Positions 1-6,552 of a DNA stretch of 9,935 nucleotides are shown here, in pieces (positions within the stretch are counted from its first letter, which is position 1; each line of letters opens with the position of its first letter). The stretch is from PVC group bacterium. GTDB lineage: Bacteria; GCA-001730085; JADFSZ01. The stretch spans positions 1 to 9,935 of the forward strand of contig JADFSZ010000051.1 in assembly GCA_022560555.1 (NCBI GenBank), written 5' to 3'. The position numbers and the translations under genes are program-made. Under the pieces are notes generated by a model. That model saw only the letters and a list, made by a program, of their open reading frames with translations, searched no databases and was not told the origin of the DNA.

Positions 1-672
1 CGACGTGTATGTGAGCGAATGATTGATGACGCGCTGGTTGCCGAAAAAAACGGCCTTATCGGTATTTCATACATTGATGCGCGAGGCCGCGCAAAAAATT
101 CCACGGATATTAGAAAAGGTCAAAAATATGCGTCGTATGACCAATCACTAAGGGCTCTGTCCCGGCTAACAGAAAAGCTGTCTCTTTTGACAGTTTTTAA
201 TGACAAAGAGGAACTTTTTCAAGAGGGGGAATGTCCGAATGCGGCGCTGTACAGTGGGTGGTACCGATATGGGAACTATTTAGACGCATTTGATTTTGTT
301 CCGGGAGCCATTGGCTATCATTTAGCCAGCGGGGAGGCCTCTTCATTGCGAAAGGGGAATGCTTGGTGTAAAGGACTTATTGAAGACGGAATTACGGTTA
401 CACTCGGACCTGTGAGTGAGCCGTATTTGGGCGCATTTCCACCCCCCGAACTGTTTTTTGCGCTGGTTTTCTCAGGGAGATTTTCGATTGGTGAAGTATT
501 TGCTATGACCACAAGGTCCAGTTCCTGGAAGATGGTTTTGATCGGTGATCCTATGTACAATCCTTATCGAAACAATCCTCTTCTTCATTCCGATGATTTA
601 GACTCCATATTCGATGTGTATCGTAAAGACGAGCCTCCTGAAAGCTTATTCCTTGACACAGACGAGTCATAG
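1..672 (+). CDS. Conserved hypothetical protein, C-terminal portion (5' end lies outside the window); resembles the uncharacterised TIGR03790-type family
   Basis: Frame 1 is open from base 1, with no stop before the listed ATG at 19. Stop is TAG at 670-672. Motifs YSGWYRYGNY, GAIGYHLASGEA, TLGPVSEPYLGAFP and LIGDPMYNPY match my recollection of the TIGR03790 conserved-hypothetical family. The family assignment cannot be verified here. Confidence 0.6.
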   Translation, partial: RRVCERMIDDALVAEKNGLIGISYIDARGRAKNSTDIRKGQKYASYDQSLRALSRLTEKLSLLTVFNDKEELFQEGECPNAALYSGWYRYGNYLDAFDFVPGAIGYHLASGEASSLRKGNAWCKGLIEDGITVTLGPVSEPYLGAFPPPELFFALVFSGRFSIGEVFAMTTRSSSWKMVLIGDPMYNPYRNNPLLHSDDLDSIFDVYRKDEPPESLFLDTDES

Positions 673-702
673 GTTATTCTTGCCCAGTAAAAGGGGTATA
701 AA

Positions 703-1386
703 ATGAGAGCGTATTTATTTGATATTGACGGAACCATCATTTCCACGGGTGGCGCGGGAATGCGTTCTATGGATCGGGCCTTTGAAGGTCTCCTTGGCTT
801 TTTTGGCGCTCAGGGGTCAAGTGATTATTCGGGGCGCATCGATCATGATATTTTTTGTGACGTGATCCATCAGCATCGAGGGGAAAATCCTACCAAAGAT
901 GAACTTCAATTTGTCAAAGAGAAGTATATTGAATTTTTGAAAGAAGAACTTAAGAAAACAAATGCGTTTAAGGTTATGCCAGGGATACCCGAATGGCTGG
1001 CATTGTTAAAGGAAGATACGGATGCGGTTGTTGGTTTGGCAACGGGAAATCTCGAGCTTGCGGCAAAAATCAAAATGGATCACGCTGTCCTGGCAGAGTA
1101 TTTTGATTTTGGCGGATTTGGAGATTCCGCGCGTGATCGAGTTATTGTCATTAAAGACGCGATGGAAAAAGCAAGACAAACTGCCCCGGAGCCCATAAAA
1201 ATGTTTTATGTTATCGGAGACTCAAAAAACGATATTGTTTCGGGGCGCCGTGCCGGTGCCATTACTGTAGCTGTCGCAACCGGCCGGGCATCGGTGGAGG
1301 AACTTGTAAAACATCAGCCTGACTATATTTTCGAAGATTTATCTCAGTACGAAGATGTGCATAAAATTCTTATTAACCATACCTAG
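703..1386 (+). CDS. HAD-superfamily hydrolase (phosphoglycolate-phosphatase-like, subfamily IA)
   Basis: 227-aa ORF. HAD motif I is DxDGT (LFDIDGTII), motif II is GLATGN, and motif III/IV is GDSKNDIVSGRRAG. A purine-rich SD (AAAGGGG) lies a few nt upstream of the ATG. Substrate cannot be inferred. Confidence 0.8.
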   Translation: MRAYLFDIDGTIISTGGAGMRSMDRAFEGLLGFFGAQGSSDYSGRIDHDIFCDVIHQHRGENPTKDELQFVKEKYIEFLKEELKKTNAFKVMPGIPEWLALLKEDTDAVVGLATGNLELAAKIKMDHAVLAEYFDFGGFGDSARDRVIVIKDAMEKARQTAPEPIKMFYVIGDSKNDIVSGRRAGAITVAVATGRASVEELVKHQPDYIFEDLSQYEDVHKILINHT

Positions 1387-1402
1387 TTTACTTGCAAATA
1401 AA

Positions 1403-2431
1403 ATGAATGAAATCAGAAATATATCTCTCAATGACTTGACAGATTATTGCAAAAATCTGAAGCAGCCATCATATCGCGCGACGCAGATCTTTGAATGGCT
1501 TTATCAAGGACAGGTGAGCTCTTTTAACAAGATGACAAATATGTCCAAAGAATTTCGTTGTCAGCTCCAAGCTGATTTTCAAATCGGTTCACTAAAAACA
1601 CAACTAAAAAGTGTTTCGAAGGATGGGACAATAAAATATGTTTTTGTTTTAGAGGATAAAGAAATGATTGAGACGGTATTGATCCCCACCAAAACACGGA
1701 CAACTGTGTGTGTGTCGACACAAGCCGGTTGTAAGTTTGGATGTCGTTTTTGCGCGAGTGGGATAGGTGGGTGGAGAAGGAACTTAAATTCGGCGGAAAT
1801 CCTCATGCAAGTATTACACGTTAAGGGCGAGGCCGAAAAGCTCACTAAACCTTTAAGCCATGTTGTTTTTATGGGGATTGGGGAGCCGCTGGATAATTAT
1901 GACAATCTCATAAAAGCCATTCATGTCATCAATGATGAACGGGGAATGAATATCGGGGCCCGCAGAATTACTGTTTCAACGTGCGGGGTGATTCCAAAAA
2001 TTAATAAATTATCCGATCTGGGACTGCAGATTGAGCTTGCGATCTCTTTACATGGATATGATAATGAGTCACGAAATGTCTTGATGCCAGTCAATAAAAA
2101 ATATCCTTTTGATGATTTGATATCTGCTTGTCGGAAATATATTAAAAAAACTAACAGGCAAATTACCTTTGAGTATATTTTAATCAAAGATGTGACATGT
2201 ACTTCTCAAGCAGCTCAAGAACTCAAAAAAGCTTTCAAAAGTCTTATTTGTAAAATGAATCTTATTCCTTATAATCCTGTGTCCGAATTTGATTATGAAA
2301 CTCCGTCCAAAAATGAAATTATAAATTTCCAAAATCAATTAAAACAATTTAATATCTTTTCTACAGTGCGAACGCCGCGCGGCCGGGATGTGGGAGGCGC
2401 GTGCGGACAATTACGTCATCGGATAATATAA
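1403..2431 (+). CDS. rlmN: 23S rRNA/tRNA (adenine-C2)-methyltransferase RlmN (radical SAM, RlmN/Cfr family)
   Basis: Radical-SAM cluster motif CKFGCRFC. N-terminal YRATQIFEWLY, then GIGEPLDN, and C-terminal GGACGQL containing the conserved catalytic Cys. I chose the ATG at 1403 (MNEIRN...) over the track start at 1355. The 1355 start would overlap the HAD gene by 32 nt and add a non-conserved 16-aa extension. Confidence 0.88.
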   Translation: MNEIRNISLNDLTDYCKNLKQPSYRATQIFEWLYQGQVSSFNKMTNMSKEFRCQLQADFQIGSLKTQLKSVSKDGTIKYVFVLEDKEMIETVLIPTKTRTTVCVSTQAGCKFGCRFCASGIGGWRRNLNSAEILMQVLHVKGEAEKLTKPLSHVVFMGIGEPLDNYDNLIKAIHVINDERGMNIGARRITVSTCGVIPKINKLSDLGLQIELAISLHGYDNESRNVLMPVNKKYPFDDLISACRKYIKKTNRQITFEYILIKDVTCTSQAAQELKKAFKSLICKMNLIPYNPVSEFDYETPSKNEIINFQNQLKQFNIFSTVRTPRGRDVGGACGQLRHRII

Positions 2432-2448
2432 GGGCGGTGAAATTGTAT

Positions 2449-2477
2449 TTGAAAATCGCGGGTGGATGTGTTATATA
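2449..2477 (+). promoter_or_regulatory. Sigma70-type promoter with extended -10 (TTGAAA - 17 nt - TGtTATATA)
   Basis: -35 TTGAAA at 2449-2454, a 17-nt spacer, TG at 2469-2470, and -10 TATATA at 2472-2477. Predicted transcription start is around 2484-2487, about 215 nt upstream of the rarA ATG and about 11-13 nt upstream of the structured element. Confidence 0.5.
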
Positions 2478-2496
2478 TTGTATGTGAAATGGCTAC

Positions 2497-2678
2497 TAAA
2501 CCCTGCCATGAGCGAATCGGTAAGTTTATTTTGACCTAATAGCTTCTAAATGGGATCTTGGCTCTTTTCTAGGCGCACATGCCGTCTTTTACGACGGACC
2601 TGCAAATAGGTAAGGCGGGAACCCACGTTACATTGACAGATCAAAATGCTTGTCGGTACGCCATTGAGGCGGGGTTTA
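2497..2678 (+). ncRNA. ssrS: Candidate 6S RNA (SsrS-like): a ~182-nt rod-shaped structured RNA with a large central bubble. The exact ends are uncertain.
   Basis: Hand-folded. Closing helix 2497-2507/2668-2678 has 11 bp. Helix 2512-2524/2649-2661 has 12 of 13 positions paired. Helix 2528-2534/2641-2647 has 7 bp. The central bubble is 2535-2550 (16 nt) opposite 2626-2640 (15 nt). The apical arm is 2551-2562/2614-2625, with further pairs leading to hairpin 2582-2586/2593-2597. At least 6 G.U pairs would become A.C mismatches on the - strand, which supports + orientation. There is no credible ORF in the region. It lies upstream of the rarA / 5-formyl-THF cyclo-ligase pair. Confidence 0.5.
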
Positions 2679-2700
2679 CTACATACCCTGTCGATGAAAT

Positions 2701-4002
2701 ATGACTCAGCCGAAACACATGAAGCCCCTTGCCGCTCGTATGCGGCCCAGAACACTTGAAGAATTTGTGGGGCAGGCTCACATTTTAGCTCAAGATAAAC
2801 TCCTTTATCGTTTGATTCTTGCGGATAAAATTACTTCGTTGATATTTTTTGGCCCTCCCGGAGTCGGTAAAACGACCTTGGCATCTATTATTGCCGAAAA
2901 AACGAAATCGTGCTTTACGCGTGTAAATGCTGTGTCCTCAAGTGTCGGAGAACTGAGGGGTATAATTGACCTTGCCAAATATCGAATAGAAAATGAATCC
3001 CGAAGAACAATTCTTTTTATAGACGAATTACACCGATTTAACAAGGCCCAGCAGGATGTGCTGATGCCGTCTATTGAAGACGGCATCCTTCAGTTTGTTG
3101 GAGCGACGGTTCACAATCCGCTCTTTTCTATCAACGCGCCTCTGTTATCACGATCTCATGTGTTTGAATTTGTCACGCTTACACCGGAAGAGATACTACG
3201 TATTATTGATCATGCTATCCAAGATTCTTCTCGAGGCTTGGGGAGATATAAAATTCATATGGAGCCGGAAGCGCTTAAAGTTATTGCTCATGTGTCAGAG
3301 GGCGACGCTCGACGGGCCTTGAATATTGTCGAAGTGGGGGTCTTGTCAACGCCTCCGGGTCAGGATGATGTCATTTTGTTTACAAAAACCGTTGCTGAAG
3401 AATCATCTCAGAAAAAGATCCTCAATTATGATCACGATGAAGACGGACATTATGATACCATTTCCGCATTTATAAAAAGCCTTCGTGGTTCGGATGTGGA
3501 CGCGGCACTGTATTGGCTGGCTAAAATGATTGAAGCAGGCGAAGAAGCACGATTTATCGCGAGACGTTTGCTTATCTTTGCGTCAGAAGATATTGGTAAT
3601 GCCGATCCCCATGCTATTATGCTGGCCCATTCGGCCGCCTATGCCGTCGAATATGTTGGGTTGCCCGAAGCGCGAATCAATTTAAGTCAGGCTGTGTGTT
3701 ATTTAGCGTGTGCTCCAAAAAGCAACGCAAGTTATCAGGCCCTATGTCGAGCCCAAAGGGATCTACAAACCCAACGTGTGGATGAAGTTCCATTATCATT
3801 GAGAAACAAACATAAATATGGAAGAGAAATTCCAAAAGGGCAGGAGTACAAGTACAATCATCTTTATCCGGATACATTTGTTGTTCAAGATTTTCGTCTT
3901 CGTCATTCGGAGTACTATCAGCCGACTGAGCGAGGCTATGAAAAACATATTAAAGAAAGACTGGATCAATGGAGAAAAAGGAAATTCGAAAAAAAATCTT
4001 AG
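2701..4002 (+). CDS. rarA: Replication-associated recombination protein A (RarA/MgsA, AAA+ ATPase)
   Basis: 433 aa. N-terminal PLAARMRPRTLEEFVGQ, Walker A GPPGVGKTT, Walker B LFIDELHRF, and the MgsA C-terminal signature AALYWLAKMIEAGEEARFIARRLLIFASEDIGNADP. No obvious SD precedes the ATG at 2701. An alternative start is the ATG at 2719. Confidence 0.9.
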   Translation: MTQPKHMKPLAARMRPRTLEEFVGQAHILAQDKLLYRLILADKITSLIFFGPPGVGKTTLASIIAEKTKSCFTRVNAVSSSVGELRGIIDLAKYRIENESRRTILFIDELHRFNKAQQDVLMPSIEDGILQFVGATVHNPLFSINAPLLSRSHVFEFVTLTPEEILRIIDHAIQDSSRGLGRYKIHMEPEALKVIAHVSEGDARRALNIVEVGVLSTPPGQDDVILFTKTVAEESSQKKILNYDHDEDGHYDTISAFIKSLRGSDVDAALYWLAKMIEAGEEARFIARRLLIFASEDIGNADPHAIMLAHSAAYAVEYVGLPEARINLSQAVCYLACAPKSNASYQALCRAQRDLQTQRVDEVPLSLRNKHKYGREIPKGQEYKYNHLYPDTFVVQDFRLRHSEYYQPTERGYEKHIKERLDQWRKRKFEKKS

Positions 4003-4535
4003 AGGAGAGAAAGTCGTTAACGGATGTTTTATGCCGGGAAATGAGCCAAAGAATCCAAAACCGACTGACAAGCATTCAGCCCTATTTCAATGCCCAAAGG
4101 ATTATGGTGTATGTGTCTTTTGGTAAGGAGGTTGAAACCTGGGATTTGATGTGCCTTATGATTGAGGATGATAAAAAAGTGTATGTTCCTCGCATTACGG
4201 GGAGCTCTCTTCAAGCGATTAAAATTGATTCGCCTGAGCAACTTATTAAAGGAAGCTCCGGACTCGGTGTTTTTGAGCCCAATAACTCCTGTCGAAACGC
4301 GATTGTGATCGATCAAATTGATCTGCTTATTGTCCCCATTGTGGCTTTTGACGAGGATGGAGGGCGTATTGGGTATGGGCGGGGGTATTATGATCGCTAT
4401 CTTGAGGGTGTTGACAAGGGTAAGATCTATGGCTTAGCCTTTGATTTTCAAGAGGTTGATGTGTTTGAAAAGAAGTCCCATGATATCCGTATTTCTACGA
4501 TTATAACCGAGTCCCGTCTGCTAATATCAACGTAA
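3969..4535 (+). CDS. 5-formyltetrahydrofolate cyclo-ligase (MTHFS / YgfA family)
   Basis: 188 aa. The N-terminus KKEIRKKILEERKSL is typical of the family, and the signature VPIVAFDEDGGRIGYGRGYYDRYL is present. The start overlaps the rarA 3' end by 34 nt, which suggests co-transcription or translational coupling. Confidence 0.85.
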   Translation: MEKKEIRKKILEERKSLTDVLCREMSQRIQNRLTSIQPYFNAQRIMVYVSFGKEVETWDLMCLMIEDDKKVYVPRITGSSLQAIKIDSPEQLIKGSSGLGVFEPNNSCRNAIVIDQIDLLIVPIVAFDEDGGRIGYGRGYYDRYLEGVDKGKIYGLAFDFQEVDVFEKKSHDIRISTIITESRLLIST

Positions 4536-4626
4536 GATTAATATTATAAGATGGATATAATTGTTTCATGCCTGGATACAGCTTCGCCTCCCATGGAAAG
4601 AAAAGCGCAAAAGACTTTGATACTAT

Positions 4627-4655
4627 TTGACATTGGGAGATTGGATGAGTATAAT
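4627..4655 (+). promoter_or_regulatory. Consensus sigma70 promoter (TTGACA - 17 nt - TATAAT) driving tRNA-Val and probably the downstream thrS operon
   Basis: -35 TTGACA at 4627-4632, exactly 17 nt of spacer, and -10 TATAAT at 4650-4655. A GC-containing discriminator (TTGGCGC) follows. The tRNA 5' end is 29 nt downstream of the -10 element. Confidence 0.7.
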
Positions 4656-4683
4656 TTGGCGCTCTATGAGGAATCGTTTGTAT

Positions 4684-4757
4684 GGGCGATTAGCTCAGTT
4701 GGTTAGAGCGTTTGCTCGACAAGCAAAAGGTCACTGGTTCGATTCCAGTATCGCCCA
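4684..4757 (+). tRNA. tRNA-Val (anticodon GAC), 74 nt, CCA not encoded
   Basis: Manual cloverleaf: acceptor GGGCGAT/ATCGCCC, D arm GCTC-AGTTGGTTA-GAGC, anticodon stem TTTGC/GCAAA with loop TCGACAA (anticodon GAC), variable loop AGGTC, T arm ACTGG-TTCGATT-CCAGT, discriminator A73. Position 33 is C, not U. Confidence 0.9.
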
Positions 4758-4807
4758 TTTTTGCACCAATGAACGCTAGTTAAATTTTATTATATAACTA
4801 AGAGGAA

Positions 4808-6541
4808 ATGATTCAAAAAAAAGAAGATTTTGATCTTACTACGTACCGGCACAGCTGTGCTCATGTAATGGCTTTGGCCGCCAAGCGTTTATTTGAAGAC
4901 GTAAAGCTGGGGATCGGTCCTCCCATTCAGGACGGATTCTATTATGATTTTGATTGTGCCCATAAACTTGTTCCGGAGGATTTTCCCGCTCTTGAAGAGG
5001 AGATGAAAAAAATCATCAAGGAAGATATTCCCTTTGTCAGGGAAGAAATTTCCAAGGATGACGCAGTAACATTATTTACTGATCGAAATGAAACATACAA
5101 ACTTCGTCTCATCCATGAACTGGGTGACGCCCCATTGTCGGTGTATCGAAACGGAGATTTTGTAGATTTATGCAAAGGTCCCCATATAAACAGCACGGGC
5201 CAAATAAAAGCATTTAAGCTCCTTTCGGTTGCAGGCGCGTATTGGCACGGCAACGAAGCCAATGAGATGATGCAGCGCATCTACGCGACGATGTTTAACA
5301 ATCCGAAGGAATTGAGAGAGTACTTACGCCGACGAGACGAAGCTAAAAAACGTGACCATCGAAAATTGGGTAAAGAGCTTCGGCTTTTTATGATTCATGA
5401 CGAGATAGGCGCGGGCTTGATTACTTTTTTACCCAAAGGCATGCGACTGCGCATGATTTTGGAAGATTTCGAAAAGAAGGAGCATTTGAAGCGGGGTTAT
5501 GAGATTGTTCAAGGGCCGTCCATTCTGAAGTCGGATGTATGGAAGAAATCGGGGCATTATCAAATGGGATACCCGATGTATTTCTTTGATATTGACGGAA
5601 CAGAATATGGGCTCAAGCCTATGAATTGCCCGGGACATATCTACATTTATAAATCACAGCTGCATAGTTATCGGGAACTTCCGATTCGTTATTTTGAACT
5701 GGGAACTGTCCACCGGCATGAGAAGTCGGGTGTTTTGCACGGCCTATTGAGGGTACGGTCGTTTACGCAGGATGACGCGCATATTTTTTGTATGCCGGAA
5801 CAGCTGCTTGAAGAAATAAAAAGCGTCATTGATTTTGTGACCGAGACGCTTGTTGTATTCGGTTTTGAAAAATTTCAAGCCGAGTTATCCACGCGGCCCG
5901 AAAAATCCATTGGAGGCGATGAGGATTGGGCGCGTTCGACCCATGTTTTAAAATCGGCTCTCGATGAAAAAAAGATTAAGTATGAGGTCAAGGAGGGAGA
6001 CGGTGCTTTTTACGGCCCCAAGATTGATATTAAACTAACGGATGCTATTGGCCGTGAATGGCAATGCGCGACCATTCAGTGTGATTTTTCTTTGCCGGAA
6101 CGCTTCGGTCTTGAATATGTTGCTAAAGACGGTTCCCGCAAGAGACCTGTTATGCTGCATCGTGTGATTCTCGGGAGTATCGAGAGGTTTATGGGCGTGC
6201 TCATTGAACATTACGCGGGTAAATTTCCTGTTTGGTTGAGCCCTGAGCAAACACGGGTGCTCACCATAGGGGCGGGTCAAATAGATTATGCCAAAAAAAT
6301 CAAAGCCGATTTAGATGGCCATGATATTCGTTCGGGGCTGGATATTCGTGATGAGAAAATCGGATTAAAGATTCGCCAGACTCAGTTGGATAAAGTTCCT
6401 TACATGATCATCGTAGGGGCGAGGGAAGAAGAAAATAAAACGATTTCTTTACGCGAGCGGGATAAGAGGGAAAGTTGTTCCGTCTCCATCGAAGACTTCA
6501 TTCTAAAAATAGATGAGGAAATTAGAACACGAAAAAATTAG
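4808..6541 (+). CDS. thrS: Threonine--tRNA ligase (ThrRS), short form lacking the N-terminal TGS domain
   Basis: 577 aa. The protein starts at the editing/second-additional domain (YRHSCAHVMA, HxxxH). It then has KRDHRKLGKEL, class II motifs (PMNCPGH, YRELPIRYFELGTVHRHE, FTQDDAHIF, GAFYGPKID, HRVILGSIERF) and a C-terminal anticodon-binding domain. SD AAGAGGA lies upstream of the ATG. Confidence 0.93.
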   Translation: MIQKKEDFDLTTYRHSCAHVMALAAKRLFEDVKLGIGPPIQDGFYYDFDCAHKLVPEDFPALEEEMKKIIKEDIPFVREEISKDDAVTLFTDRNETYKLRLIHELGDAPLSVYRNGDFVDLCKGPHINSTGQIKAFKLLSVAGAYWHGNEANEMMQRIYATMFNNPKELREYLRRRDEAKKRDHRKLGKELRLFMIHDEIGAGLITFLPKGMRLRMILEDFEKKEHLKRGYEIVQGPSILKSDVWKKSGHYQMGYPMYFFDIDGTEYGLKPMNCPGHIYIYKSQLHSYRELPIRYFELGTVHRHEKSGVLHGLLRVRSFTQDDAHIFCMPEQLLEEIKSVIDFVTETLVVFGFEKFQAELSTRPEKSIGGDEDWARSTHVLKSALDEKKIKYEVKEGDGAFYGPKIDIKLTDAIGREWQCATIQCDFSLPERFGLEYVAKDGSRKRPVMLHRVILGSIERFMGVLIEHYAGKFPVWLSPEQTRVLTIGAGQIDYAKKIKADLDGHDIRSGLDIRDEKIGLKIRQTQLDKVPYMIIVGAREEENKTISLRERDKRESCSVSIEDFILKIDEEIRTRKN

Positions 6542-6552
6542 GAGGTGTATGT

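Noticed and set aside
1355-1402. The longer rlmN start from the ORF track (MCIKFLLTIPSLLANK...).
   Set aside because: It would overlap the HAD gene by 32 nt and add a hydrophobic extension not found in RlmN. The homologous N-terminus starts at the ATG at 1403.
2575-2612. On the - strand this stretch reads GCAGGUCCGUCGUAAAAGACGGCAUG. The CAGGUCCG octamer is the same as in helix 8 of E. coli 4.5S/SRP RNA, which raised the possibility of an ffs gene.
   Set aside because: The hairpin loop is a hexaloop (GUAAAA) rather than the conserved GNRA tetraloop. The conserved 3' AGCA symmetric-loop motif is absent. The many G.U pairs of the overall fold exist only on the + strand. The octamer match is probably chance.
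2546-2755. A 69-aa - strand ORF covering most of the rlmN-rarA gap.
   Set aside because: It overlaps the rarA start on the opposite strand, has no SD and is Arg/Cys/Ser-rich with no recognisable motif. The region is better explained by a + strand structured RNA.
3969-4002. The 34-nt rarA/cyclo-ligase overlap containing an A8 run (3986-3993), considered as a possible frameshift or fusion site. Similar A8 runs occur at the thrS 5' end and in pheT.
   Set aside because: Both proteins are complete with normal termini without invoking a frameshift. Poly-A runs are expected in an AT-leaning genome that uses many Lys codons.
3818-4126. A 102-aa + strand ORF, together with the 3074-3322 + ORF, in alternative frames inside rarA and the cyclo-ligase gene.
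   Set aside because: Both are fully embedded in well-supported genes in other frames. Their composition is low-complexity and they have no motifs.
4551-4724. A ~57-codon + strand ORF (MDIIVSCLDTASPP...) in the cyclo-ligase/tRNA spacer.
   Set aside because: It reads through the promoter and into the tRNA-Val gene, terminating inside the D-loop. It has no SD and is an artefact of the open frame.
4758-4807. Possible T-box riboswitch or tRNA-Thr-mimic operator controlling thrS.
   Set aside because: Only 50 AT-rich nt are available. There is no specifier hairpin, no T-box consensus sequence and no anticodon-arm-like stem-loop.
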